A stretch of DNA of 64,000 nt, taken from Octopus vulgaris (taxonomy: Eukaryota). The stretch's first letter is position 1; every line of letters begins with the position of its first letter. Shown here in pieces: positions 14,178 to 26,050 of the stretch. The notes under the pieces are model-generated. The model did no database searches. It was given only the letters and a program-made list of their open reading frames with translations, and was not told where the DNA came from. Where the stretch lies: assembly GCA_951406725.2 (NCBI GenBank), contig OX597819.1, positions 104,532,001 to 104,596,000 of the forward strand. The letters are read 5' to 3'. Both the position numbers and the translations under genes were made by a program.

Positions 14178-14447
14178 AATATTAATTATAATAAAAGGGT
14201 AAAATCAATAATAATTTTTCCAAGTAGTTTAGTCAGTTCGGATATAAAAACGTTATAGGTAAATTTTACAAAATATTTTATAATTATATACATAATTATA
14301 GCAAGGGATCGGCTTTACGCCTCACCGCACACTGCAAGAAACAGACGCTACATTCCCTATTACTACCTTAAAATCTCCAAGAATAACACACTATATTGTA
14401 AGGCAAGCAAAAGAAGAATAGTGAATCAACCAGGTTGGTTAACTCCG

Positions 14448-14513
14448 TACCCGATCGAATTTCAAGCTTAAGTAACATTTAAAATGTCTCACTTACTGTT
14501 CTCATCAGCAGTA
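14448..14513 (-). ncRNA. Degenerate hammerhead-like motif in a PLE-type noncoding repeat (about 14180-14730)
   Basis: UACUG CUGAUGA, long imperfect stem II (AGUAA/UUACU, CAUUU/AAAUG), GAAA UUCGA UC GGGUA. Stem I is mismatched at the junction. Confidence 0.4.
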
Positions 14514-15221
14514 GTATTCCATAGGCTAAATTTACGAGTATTTCAAAATATGCTTGCGATCGGCGACATCGCATGACCAATATCCATCCACACTCGCAAA
14601 AATATACCGCCAAGTATAATTCACATCCCTCTTTTGTATCCACGTGTAGTGTGTTAATATCTAGACGGCAGTAAATGCAATTTCGATCATGACTACCTGG
14701 TAAAATTATTACTGATTTTGCCTTGTTATTATGGTTGGTATTTGAATAAATTTACTCCATGATTTTCCACAATAGATGGTCAGACTGAACCTGGTTTTTC
14801 CTCGAGGCTACTGTCACCTTCTTTGAAACGTCTAAATCAGTTTTGTAGCATATCTTCCTGGGCCTTCCACGTGATTCTTTTGCCGTTTCCCTTACAACCA
14901 GTACTTCCGAAGAGATAGTATAGTTAATTCTTTTGTTAATGCACGCTACTTATTTATCGATCTCTTAACACACCCGCTAGGTTACGGAGAAGTAAACACA
15001 GCAAACCGCTTGTCAAATAGTTGTAATGGTGGTGGTGGTGGTGGTGCTGGTGGTGGTGGTGGTGGGCATATATATATTGCAATATTTAAATGAAAATAAA
15101 GAATAAGCAATTTAGCAACGACTGGACGATATATTGTATCAAATGAATGATATAACATGGTGATACATTTTGTCAATAATATTAGTGAAAATTCGAAAAA
15201 TTTTCTGACTCGACCTGGTGT

Positions 15222-15298
<77 letters not shown>

Positions 15299-15618
15299 GA
15301 TCGATCGATCGATCGATCTATCTGTTGAATACAAAGATTGTCTTTACTGCTTCTATAGCCAATAATTATATATATATATATATATATATATACAGGCACA
15401 GGCATGTCTGTGTAATAAGAAGTTCGCTTCACGACCCCATGGTTTCGGGTGCAGTTCCATTGCCTCGGACCGACCTAAACTTTGTGCGTGGATTTAAGTA
15501 GAATGAAAATCAATATATATATATACATGTATGTATATATGCATATGTGCATACATATGTGTGTGTGCGTTCGTTTACGCGCATTCATAAATGAGTGTAT
15601 ACGTTGATACACACACAC

Positions 15619-15676
<58 letters not shown>

Positions 15677-15680
15677 TATA

Positions 15681-15716
<36 letters not shown>

Positions 15717-15754
15717 TGTATGTATGTATGTATGTATGCATGTATATATGGATC

Positions 15755-15821
15755 AAAACAGTTTGACTCAATTTCGTTGGTGTTCCGATTTTCAAGTGTG
15801 ATGCTAGTCTTCAGCTATTTT
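15755..15821 (-). ncRNA. Degenerate hammerhead-like motif
   Basis: AAAAUAG CUGAAGA ... GAAA UUGAGUCAA A CUGUUUU: 7-bp stem I and palindromic stem III, but stem II pairs poorly and U16.1 is missing. Confidence 0.35.
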
Positions 15822-16144
15822 GAATTTGATTGAAAGAAGTTGATTATTACCGTAAGGTAGATTGCGATTGTTCGAGGAAGGTCACGCGGTGTCGTGGTTT
15901 GATGTTGGCATATTAGTATGCCAGCGATATCAGTTAGTTGGAAAATACTGCATGGTGAACAGGAAATGGACCGCGTGGTGGACAATAAATTGGTCGGGTT
16001 CCTGGAGAGGGATTAGGAAGGGGCGGTGTGTAACTCCGATTAAATTTGTTGAGTGCCCTTCTTTCTCACTCACTCATATATATATATATTTATATATATA
16101 CAACAAAGTTATTCGGAGTTACAAGCTGCCCCTTCCCGATTCCT

Positions 16145-16183
<39 letters not shown>

Positions 16184-16185
<2 letters not shown>

Positions 16186-16590
16186 TCTTTTACTCTTTTA
16201 CTTGTTTCAGTCATTTGACTGCGGCCATGCTGGAGCACCGCCTTTAGTCGAGCAAATAGACCCCGGGACTTATTCTTTGTAAGCCCAGTACTTATTCTAT
16301 CGGTCTCTTTTGCCGAACCGCTAAGTGACGGGGACGTAAACACACCGGCATCGGTTGTCAAGCAATGCTAGGGACAAACACAGACACACACACACACATA
16401 CACATATATATATATATATATATATACATATATACGACAGGCTTCTTTCAGTTTCCGTCTACCAAATCCACTCACAAGGCATTGGTCGGCCTGGGGCTAT
16501 AGCAGAAGACACTTGCCCAAGATGCCACGCAGTGGGACTGAACCCGGAACCATGTGGTTGGTTAGCAAGCTACTTACCACACAGCCACTC
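16184..16590 (-). mobile_element. CORE-type SINE, nearly full length
   Basis: Near-identical to 69-510 apart from the internal microsatellite. Confidence 0.9.
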
Positions 16591-16591
16591 A

Positions 16592-16663
<72 letters not shown>

Positions 16664-16804
16664 ATGGGTGTGTGTTTATTGAATAATATTTATCTCTTAG
16701 ATAGAATGCTTTTACCGTTGATCTTACCATCTTGTATGTGTGTGTGTGTTTGTGTGGGTGTTTGTGTGTGTGTGCATCTTTGTGCCTGTTTTTGTCACCC
16801 CATT

Positions 16805-16980
16805 ACGGCTTGACAACCGGTGTTGGTGTGGTTACGTCGTCGAAACTTCGCAGTGCAGCAAAAAATTAGTACTAGGCTTTAAAAATAAGTCTTGGGATCG
16901 ATTTCTTCGACTAAAATTCTTCAGGGCGACGCTTCACCATGGCCACAGTCAAATGACTAAAACAAATAAAAGAATAAAAG
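16805..16980 (+). mobile_element. Diverged 3' half of CORE-type SINE
   Basis: CTTGACAACCGGTGTTGGTG...CATGGCCACAGTCAAATGACTAAAACAAATAAAAGAATAAAAG. Confidence 0.75.
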
Positions 16981-17086
16981 AACATGTATATGTATATATG
17001 TATATTATATATGTACATTGCATATGTGTATGTATATATGCATATATGAATGTACGCGCGTGTGTGTATGTGTGCAGATATGTATG

Positions 17087-17120
<34 letters not shown>

Positions 17121-17124
<4 letters not shown>

Positions 17125-17439
17125 TGCAGCGTGGAAGGTGTTTATAAGCCATTTAAGAAACACACAAAAGCCGTTCGATTCACTTCAACAATTAAGTTTA
17201 ATTTGTCAAAATATTTTCGTCGCTAAAATCCGCGACCTGTTCACTGACAAAAATCCGTGAACAGGTCGCGGATTTTAGCGACGAAAATATTTTGACAAAT
17301 TAAACTTAAATGTTGAAGTGAATCGAACGGCTTTTGTGTGTTTCTTAAATGGCTTATAAACACCTTCCACGCTGCAATTGTTTTCGTTTCAGCACACGAT
17401 CTCAGATCAAATTACTTGCTATGCGAGTACATCTCCGTA

Positions 17440-17440
<1 letters not shown>
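17121..17440. mobile_element. Fold-back non-autonomous element (PLE pseudo-LTR-like) in (TA)n, with 124-bp inverted arms
   Basis: 17121-17244 is the reverse complement of 17257-17380 with one mismatch. A related copy lies at 27509-27757. Confidence 0.85.
17202..17251 (-). ncRNA. Minimal type I hammerhead-like motif with G3-C8 core
   Basis: UUUGUCA GUGAACA G GUCGC-GGAUUUUA-GCGAC GAAA AUAU UU UGACAAA: 7-bp stem I, 5-bp stem II, palindromic AAUAUU stem III. Confidence 0.7.
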
Positions 17441-17533
<93 letters not shown>

Positions 17534-17764
17534 ACACGAATTACCGGCTTGTTAGAAATAAAAATCCTCAAATAAGCCACTATCTCACTGAAAACATAAC
17601 AGACCAACGAGCACAGAAATTAACTTATTAACTCGACTAATAGCCGCAAAATGAGGTAATAGATATACCTGTATCATGGTTTCGAATTCTGGGTTTTTCT
17701 CTTAATTCTCCTAAGCAGGTTTTACTAAATAGCTCGAAGCAATAGCTTTACTCGCTACGTCGTG

Positions 17765-19298
17765 TCTGTTAAACTGCCCTCGAAGCCAGCTACGAAATCT
17801 CCCTGCAAAACATGGAAAGAATCACACTATCGGAGAGCAACTAATTAAATCAGCTATCTCTATATTCTTAAAAACCGTACAACAAAAAGATGATAGAGAT
17901 GTCAGAGCCATGCTACTCAGTAATAACACTGTCTCCAGCAGAATTGATGAAATGGGGCAAGGTGTTGAAAACCAGTTTCTTGAGACATTAATATCACGAA
18001 AATTCTCATTACAAATGGATGAATCCGCATTCCGGGACAGTGAGGCCTTGTTATTGACTTTTGTGAGATATATTGAGCACGATGCTTTTCATGAAGAGAT
18101 ATTTTGCAAATCATTGGAAACAACCATAACTGCAAAGGATATCCCCAGGAAGCTTAAACATTACTTGGATGGAAACAAAATTCCGAAAGCAAAATTACTG
18201 TCATGTGCGGCAGACAGTGCACCTGGTATGATGGGCAAGAAAACGGGATGCTTAGAAATGATGATGGATGAAAATCCAAACATGTCGATTGTCCATTGCG
18301 TCATACACCGAGAAAACTTCGTTGCCAAGAAACTGTCCCCTGTTCTTACGAGCTGTGATCAAGTGTGTCAATACCATTAAAGCAAATCCCAAAGCCGAAC
18401 GTCTTTTTAAGCAGTTTTGCGCAAATCAAAGTGTCGAGCATGTTTGATTATTGCTTCATACAGAAGTAAGGTGGCTATCAAATGGAAACAGCCGAAAAAG
18501 GTTCGTGGAGTTATTTGATCAGCTTAACGACTTTCTCGGTGATAAGTGTGAAATGGAAATGCTGTCAACAACGGATGGAAAAGCGTTTGTCAGTTATTTG
18601 ACATCTTTGAGAAACTTGGAAACTTGAAGAAACAACTCCAAAATGTTGATGCGAAAGTAAATATGTTTGGATTCATTACAACCTTCGAAATATGCCAAAA
18701 AAATGTTTCCACAAGAAATTTCAGTCAGTTGTACTGGTTGAGTAAATGTGAGATAACGAATGATGCTGCCACTGTAATTATTGACCATTTGAATATCTTA
18801 AAAAAGGGCTTCAACGATAGATTTTGTGATTTGAAGGCAATGAATTTTTCCCTCTTGGTTAACTCAACCACTGCTGATTGACGTTTCAGATGCTGCAGTT
18901 CAATACCAAGAAGTGTTATCAGACTTACAACATGCTGAATCAGGGAAAACATCGTTTAAATTGAAAGGTACAAATATGTGGCTATGTGACGAGGTTGAAA
19001 GAAAATACCCCAACATCTCTACATCAGCAAGAGAACTATTGACTCATTTTCCTTCGTCTTATTTGGTCGAATGTGAATTCAGTGTAGTTAACAATTTGCT
19101 GGAAGCCAAGCGAAACCGGCTTGAAATTACAAAGCGTGACTATTTACGAAATTGTCTCTTCAAATCAAGGATCTATCTCGTATGCACCAGGCACAAGGTT
19201 CTCACTAAATTAGTCAGCCAGGCAATTGAATTAAAAATCGTGTTTCTATATTCCATATTAAAAAGTGGTGTACCGGAAAAATAGGCTGGGAAACACTG
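17765..19298 (+). mobile_element. Decayed hAT (Charlie/Buster, ZBED8/SCAND3-like) DNA transposon
   Basis: Motifs HTIGEQLIK, LSNNTVSSRIDEM, FSLQMDES, DSAPGMMG, HCVIHRE, LLHTEVRWLS, FPSSYLVECEFS, KRNRLEI are split by stops and frameshifts. The right end GGGAAACACTG resembles a Charlie TIR; no left TIR seen. Confidence 0.88.
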
Positions 19299-20042
19299 CT
19301 TTACAGTATAAATATCCACAATTTTTACAGAGATGTTTCATTGATGAAACCGTCCAAGTATAACTTTGGGACGTATTTTAAAACTGAAATAGTATCCAGA
19401 AATCATATGGCATGCGACAAGTGCCAAAGAGGTGTCATCTAAGTACTTCGGACAAGTTCACGATGACCAACAAAAAGTCTTTGGAAGCTCTAAAGCGAAG
19501 CTTCCACGATTTATGAAATTCTGTGGTATTAACGGGTTATGTTACCCCTGTACTATCAAGAACCCTAAGAATGTATGAGCGCTACTCTTTTCGATAAGTT
19601 GTCTAAAGTATTTGTCTATCTCTTTGTTAAGGAGTGGCAGGAAGAGATAAAAGGCTGAGTTTGATGTATCAAAGCAGAGTGGTAGAAGGTTAGTGACTTT
19701 ACAACAGATGTCATTATATAGATATGTTATTCTGTCCACGACACAGACAACACATGCACGCGCGCGCGCAGGCACACACACGCGCACACACATATACACG
19801 CGACCAAGAAACGTTAAGTTGAGACATACGATAACTAAAGAAAATGTTTTGTACGTGTGTGTGTGTATATATACCTTCGAAACACGCATTGAATCGAACC
19901 AGGGGCAGCTGATGAAGGGGAATTTTCCTTGTATTGTTTGTCCTGTACTCTGTTTTTTCGTTGTTAAAAAAAGTCCGTTTCCTTGTTTGATTTTATGTTT
20001 TCGTTTCTCGTTGTGTTCTACGTTTATTTGTGGTGTCCTGTA

Positions 20043-20094
<52 letters not shown>

Positions 20095-20274
20095 TGTATA
20101 TATACATATAGATGTAAGTATGTACATATATGTATGTATATATGCATATGTTTTATTTATTTATCATATTGTGTATATATATATATATTCTAGCAAAAAC
20201 TGTCCGACGAACGGGAACGTGAAACTTTGTTGAATTTTCTGCTTCTTTTAAATAAAGTATATATATATATATAT

Positions 20275-22688
20275 GACACCGACACTACTCTCGGATCACA
20301 ACATGGTAGAGCTGACCATGTACGGGCCAAAAGAGAGCACGGACATGCAGCCTACAAGAAACCCTCAGAATCTTTCCAGCTTGAACTACCATAAGGCAAA
20401 CTGGAAACAAATTGAGAAAGAGATCCTCAAACAAAACTAGCCTAAATGTCTCTCCTCGCCAGACATCGACGTGAAACTTCAAAAATTCATGTCTGTAATG
20501 CAAGCCATATGCTACAAATGTGTCTCAGAGAGAAAGGCCACTGTACACAAGAACAAAATCCCCAGAGAGAGGAAAATTTTAATGAGACGGCGTACAAAAA
20601 TTTCAAATCGCCTAAACAAACAGATTGAAAGCAGTGAAAAGTCCCGCCTAAAAATAAAACTTTTGGAAATTGAAAAATGTCTGCAACTCTCCCATGAAAA
20701 GGAAAGAGCAGACAAAGAAGCCTGGGCTATAGACAACATAAAATCTAACCCCAGAGCTTTCTACAGGTATGCCAAAGAAACAGCTACGGTGCACTGTAGA
20801 ATAGGGCCACTCCTTGAAAAGGATGGCACACTTACAGGAAAACCAATGAGGGTAAGTGAAATACTGAATGAGCAATTCAAGAGTGTTTTCACTCCACCCC
20901 TTGGGCATCTCCAAATCACCAATCCAACTGACTTCTTTACCACTGCAGATATAAAATCAGAGGCGGCGACGATAGATTACATCGATATAAAGGAAGACGA
21001 TGTAATAAAGGCTATAGATGAAATGAAAACAGACTCAGCTACTGGCCCCGATGGATTCCCGGCAATCCTCCTAAAAGCATGTAAGAGAGTCCTAGCAAGA
21101 CCACTGCAGTTCCTCTTTCAGAGCTTCCTTGCAACTGGCAAACTTCCAGGAAAACTGAAGGAAGGTAAAATATGCCCCATTCATAAAGGAGGCAGCAGAG
21201 CGGAGGCCAAGAACTACAGACCTATCTCTCTGACCTCACACATCAGCAAGGTCATGGAACGAATAGTCAGAAGGAAACTGATCACCTTCCTTGAAGAAAA
21301 TGACTTGCTGCCCGACACCCAACATGGTTTCCGACCAGGGAGAAGCTGTTTAACTCAGCTCTTACAACACTATGACTGGGTGCTGAAACGGCTGCTCAAC
21401 CACTCAAATGTGGAAGTGATATATCTCGACTTTGCAAAGGCCTTTGATAAAGTCGATCATGGAATGATATGTCACAAACTGCGTGATCTCAACATAGTTG
21501 GAAAACTGGGAGAATGGCTTCATGACTTTCTGAAAGATAGAAGTCAGGTGGTAGTGGCCAATGGGGCCACTTCCATTAACACGCAAATAGTGAGCGGTGT
21601 TCCGCAGGGCACTGTTCTGGGTCTACTACTGTTCATAATGGCCCTCTCAGACATGCCCTCAGCCACGCAGAGAGCCACGATCACAAGTTATGCAGATGAT
21701 ACAAAAGTTTCACAGGCAATACAGAACCCTGAGGACACTAAACGCCTGCAATGTGAGCTGGACAAAATATACAAGTGGGCTGAAAAGAATAGCATGCAGT
21801 TCAATGCTGGAAAGTTTCAAGCTTTATACTATCAGCATGCAAAACTAAATGCAATACCCAATGAATACACTGGACCCGGAGGAATAGCAATCCCAGAGGC
21901 ACAATCAGTGCGTGACCTGGGTATTTACATGAGTGATGACGCAACCTTTCGTGTACATGTTGCTAAATTGGCAATGAAATGTAGACGACTGGCCGGATGG
22001 ATTCTCAGAACCTTTAGAACAAGAGAACAAGAAACCATGATGGTCCTCTGGAGGACACCTGTCCTAAGCCACTTTGACTATTGCTCTCAGTTATGGTCAC
22101 CATCCAGTGTCAAGTTGATCACAGAGCTCGAGGCGATCCAGCGTAGCTACACGAAGAAGATAGCCTCTATGCAGAATGTAAGCTACTGGGAAAGACTCAA
22201 GAGATTAAAACTATATTCCTTGGAGCGTAGGCGGGAAAGATATGCCATAATATACATCTGGAAGATCCTGGAGGGAAGCGTCCCAAACTTTGGCATCGAG
22301 AGTTACACAAATGCCAGAACTGGGCGCCACTGCGTGGTGCCTAGGACTCCAAATTTGCCATCAAGATGTAGGACAAGATACTGTGATAGCCTGGGCTTCC
22401 GAGGCCCACAGCTCTTCAATATCCTCCCGAAGAACCTGAGAGACCTGCATGGGGTGGATGCAGATGTCTTTAAAATGGAACTGGATCTCTTCCTGTCAGG
22501 TGTCCCAGATGAACCAACTTCACGGCAGGAGGTGCAGATGAGGGCAGCTGCATCGAACTCTCTCATGCACCAAATGGCAGTTGCTAAAAAGCTTTCGTGA
22601 AGTAAATCCAAGTAGCAACACCAAATGGCGGTGCCCCAGCATGGCCACAGCTCATGAGCTGAAACTAGAATCAATCAATCAATCAATC
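20275..22688 (+). mobile_element. 5'-truncated CR1-group (CR1/L2/Daphne-like) LINE inserted in (TA)n
   Basis: Begins in the APE endonuclease tail (LLSDHNMV), continues through RT and a short 3' UTR to an (AATC)n tail at 22668-22688. (TA)n lies on both sides. Confidence 0.92.
20471..22600 (+). CDS. Non-LTR reverse transcriptase (LINE ORF2, N-terminally truncated)
   Basis: 709-aa uninterrupted ORF with NYRPISLTS, QHGFRPGRSC, YLDFAKAFDKVDH, GVPQGTVLG, YADD and YWERLKRLKLYSLERRR. The in-frame upstream part is cut off by a single TAG at 20438-20440. Confidence 0.92.
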   Translation: MKLQKFMSVMQAICYKCVSERKATVHKNKIPRERKILMRRRTKISNRLNKQIESSEKSRLKIKLLEIEKCLQLSHEKERADKEAWAIDNIKSNPRAFYRYAKETATVHCRIGPLLEKDGTLTGKPMRVSEILNEQFKSVFTPPLGHLQITNPTDFFTTADIKSEAATIDYIDIKEDDVIKAIDEMKTDSATGPDGFPAILLKACKRVLARPLQFLFQSFLATGKLPGKLKEGKICPIHKGGSRAEAKNYRPISLTSHISKVMERIVRRKLITFLEENDLLPDTQHGFRPGRSCLTQLLQHYDWVLKRLLNHSNVEVIYLDFAKAFDKVDHGMICHKLRDLNIVGKLGEWLHDFLKDRSQVVVANGATSINTQIVSGVPQGTVLGLLLFIMALSDMPSATQRATITSYADDTKVSQAIQNPEDTKRLQCELDKIYKWAEKNSMQFNAGKFQALYYQHAKLNAIPNEYTGPGGIAIPEAQSVRDLGIYMSDDATFRVHVAKLAMKCRRLAGWILRTFRTREQETMMVLWRTPVLSHFDYCSQLWSPSSVKLITELEAIQRSYTKKIASMQNVSYWERLKRLKLYSLERRRERYAIIYIWKILEGSVPNFGIESYTNARTGRHCVVPRTPNLPSRCRTRYCDSLGFRGPQLFNILPKNLRDLHGVDADVFKMELDLFLSGVPDEPTSRQEVQMRAAASNSLMHQMAVAKKLS

Positions 22689-23706
22689 ATATATATATAT
22701 ATATAAGTAACGTATGTATATGTTTATGTACTAACATGAAATAGTGTGCAAGTGTTTGTAGGTATGTATGGGTACACACACACACACACACTCATACACA
22801 CAGACACACACATTTAAGTCAAATGTGAAACATTTTTGCATAGCTGCTTAACTTGCTAGAAATAACAGCCAAACCATCCTCCATTTCACACGCTGCCGTC
22901 TTAAAAACGGTGGGTCACTTTGGATAAGAAGCAGAGCCAGTATATTTGCTTTACTTTTTTATTGCTTTTATTTTCCCTTTGTGTTTTTTCTTTGATTTAC
23001 TTTCATTGGTTCAGTCCGATATATTTCTTGAATTCTGTACGAATATTAAAATAAAACACTACGTACACATATACATTAATGCTATTTAGTTAATACACAA
23101 TTATATCCATAAAGAAAACAATGAGTGGCAGACCCCATAATATCATACATTTTTATGATTAAGTCAAAACTTTACCTCCTCCCCGTCCTCCTCCTCCATG
23201 TCTTCGTCCTCCTCGTCCTCGTCCTCCTTTTGCTTCTCTCTCTCTCTCTCTCCCTCTCTCTGTTGCTTTCTCTCCCTCTCCCTTTCTCTGTCTCTATCTC
23301 TCTCCTCCCCCGACTCTTCACCATTGACACTCCTTTCTATTTTCCTGTTTGCGACACATTCTTTTACTCTGTCTTTCTCCTTTCACCCTTTTGCTCACAT
23401 CTCCTCGCCCTCTCTATCTTTCTCTCTCTTTCTCCCTCTCCTTCTTTCCTTCCTTCATATCTCCCTCCCTCTTTATATACCTTTCTATTTTCCTGTTTTC
23501 GACTCATTCTCTTTTACACTGTCTTTCTCCCCTTCACTTACCTATCGCTATTTCTCTCCCGTCTCCCTTCTGTCTTTTCATCTCTTTCTCTCTCACTCAT
23601 TCATTCACACACTCACTCACATTCTTCCTCTCTGCCTCTCTCTTTTCCTCCCTCCCTCCCTCCCTCTCTCTCTCTTTCTACCCCTCTCTCTCCCTCACAC
23701 TCACAC

Positions 23707-23889
23707 AGTTATTTTACAAACAGCGTTTCAACCGAAATCATCCAGAATCAACCGGATTTTTCTAGTTTGGAGTTGGAGCAGACGACAGCAGCGTTCAACA
23801 GCAGATATCGTCTGCTAAATGCTGAGAGTGAAATCTCTTTCGCTTGATCTTCGAAATCTTCGCGAAGTCATCTAAAGTCAGCATTGAAG
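23707..23889 (+). other. Candidate noncoding first exon, copy 1
   Basis: Follows a long CT-rich tract, starts at Inr-like CACAGTT, ends at donor-like AAG|GTAAAG, and is identical in copy 2. Confidence 0.4.
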
Positions 23890-24469
23890 GTAAAGTACCT
23901 TATCAATTCACCTGAAAAGTATTCATTATTTCTTTAATACCTATAAAATTGTATTTGGTCAAGTCATTTATCACAAAGTTGAAAAGACCGCTTTCTAAAG
24001 AGGAAATTGGTATTGTTTTGTATCTTATCAGTCTTAGGTATTGGCATTGCTCGTCTCTGCTTTATTCACGGAGAAACCATTCTAAAGTTTAAACTGATTG
24101 TAAAGTAAGCGACCTTATTAAATTCATTAAAAAATATTGAACGAAGTCTCAAATTATATCTTTTAACTAACTCGGTCCAATATCTCTCTGTATCTTGATT
24201 ACACTCGTACACACACACACATACACACGCGGTCACATTTATATAAATTTATAAATAAGGATAATATCGATATTTAAATATCGATATTATCAAATGGCCA
24301 GCATGGGAAAAAAATACCATACAAAGGTAATAATTTTTTACTACTAAAATTAAGGGTGTCTGAGAGACACCACCATGCCGAAATAACAGGCAAATTCTTG
24401 ACTCTAAAAACCACGTAGATGTTCATATCGCACCATCAGATAGTTATATATACACACACACACACGCGC

Positions 24470-24519
<50 letters not shown>

Positions 24520-24520
24520 G

Positions 24521-24559
<39 letters not shown>

Positions 24560-24769
24560 CCACACACATACGTAGATGGTATTTGGCGAATTTGCTTGTG
24601 GAAGGCACACTCAACAGAAACCAAGACTTCGATTTAAGGATTATGCACAGTCCTCGTTGAAGACATGTGAAATATGTGGGGTCAATTGAGGAAGTTGTGC
24701 TTGTTACCACCAATGAAGTGGATATTTTGGGGAAAAACACGCAGAAATTAAGCGATCTGCTGGAAAACG

Positions 24770-24957
24770 CACCGCTAGTGTAGTGGACTGAGGAAGCTTA
24801 GTCTGCAATATCTGCGGACGAGTACGTATGTAAAAAACTGAGCTCATTACTCACCAGTGAAGTCACAAAGGTAAAGCATTCATTTGTCTGAGAGTACAAT
24901 GTTCTTAATGATCAGTGACAGTCTTTCTCGGTCACGGTTGAACGGCCTCATCATCAT
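24770..24957 (+). mobile_element. RTE (BovB-like) LINE 3' tail fragment, duplicated at about 28065-28258
   Basis: LVCNICGRV...ELITHQ.SH zinc motif plus a 3' UTR similar to the reverse strand of 63178-63412. Confidence 0.7.
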
Positions 24958-25084
24958 ACATACATATATATACAAAAATATATGCATATTCATATACATG
25001 CATGCATACATCCACACATACATACATACATACATAAATACATACATACATACATACATACATACATACATACATACACACATA

Positions 25085-25256
25085 AGAGTGGCTGTGTGGT
25101 AGGAAGCTTGTTTCCCAACCAAATGGTTTCGGGTTCAGTCCCACTGCGTAGCATTTTGGGCAAGTGTCTTCTACTATAACCTCGGGCCGACCAAAGGATT
25201 TGGTAGACGGAAAATGAAAGAAGCCCGTTGTATATTTATATACATACATATATGCA

Positions 25257-25288
<32 letters not shown>

Positions 25289-25498
25289 AGTTGTGTGTCT
25301 GTGTTTGTCCCCCTACCATCACTTGATAACCAATTTTGATGTGTTAACCATCCCCGTAACAATAGCGGCTCAGCAAAAGGGACCGATAGAATAAGTACTA
25401 GGCTTACAAAGAATATGTCCTGGGGTCGCTTTGTTCGACTAAAGGTGGTGCTCCAGCATGGCCACAGTCAAATGACTGAAACAAGTAAAAGATTAAAA
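25085..25498 (+). mobile_element. CORE-type SINE, nearly full length
   Basis: A/B boxes, TTGGGCAAGTG, internal (TG)n, and tail CAGTCAAATGACTGAAACAAGTAAAAG. Confidence 0.9.
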
Positions 25499-25643
25499 GG
25501 TCGGTGAGCTGCTGGCAGAATCGTTAGCACTCCGGGCGAAATGCTTAGCGGTATTTCGTTTGCCGCTACGTTCTAAGTTCAAATTCTGCCGAGGTTGACT
25601 TTGCCTTTCATTCTTTCGGGGTCGATTAAATAAGTACCAGTTC
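25499..25643 (+). mobile_element. 3'-truncated Meta-type SINE abutting the CORE SINE tail and the duplication breakpoint
   Basis: Matches 11227-11366 and stops at AAGTACCAGTT, just before copy 2 of the duplication begins. Confidence 0.85.
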
Positions 25644-26050
25644 TCTCTGTTCCCTGACTCTTCATCATTGACACTCCTTTCTATTTTCCTGTTTGCCACT
25701 CATTCTTTTACTCTATCTTTCTCCTGTCACCCATTTGCTCACGTCTCCTCGCCCCCTCTCTCTTTCTCCCTCTCCTTCTTTCCTTCCTTCATCTCTCCCT
25801 CCCTCTTTATAAACCTTTCTATTTTCCTGTTTTCAACTCTGTCTTTCTCCCCTTCACTTACCTATCACTATTCCTCTCCCGTCTCCCTTCTGTCTTTCCA
25901 TCTCTTTCTCTCTCTTTCTCTCTCACTCATTCATTCACACACTCGCTCACATCCTTCCTCTCTGTTTCTCTCTGTTTCTCTCTCTCTCCCTCCCTTCCTC
26001 TCTCTCTCTCTTTCTCACCCCCTCTCTCTCTCTCTCTCCCTCACACACAC

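Larger units (their letters stand above)
23325..25080. repeat. Local duplication, copy 1
   Basis: 23325-24220 aligns with 25657-26580, and 24555-25060 aligns with 27858-28380. Different insertions occupy the central (CA)n. Confidence 0.9.

Noticed and set aside
17910-19284. Domesticated ZBED8/SCAND3-like host gene
   Set aside because: Multiple stops and frameshifts plus a TIR-like end indicate a dead transposon.
19873-19930. CCTTCGAAAC...CTGATGAAGG suggesting a permuted hammerhead
   Set aside because: No convincing stem I, stem III or NUH could be formed.
20195-20240. CCGACGA-ACG/CGT-GAAAC hammerhead-like string
   Set aside because: Stem I does not pair and stem III is not palindromic; at best a decayed remnant.
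23125-23847. 240-aa hydrophobic ORF resembling a membrane protein
   Set aside because: Arises from the CT-rich tract, and the frame is not preserved in the duplicate.
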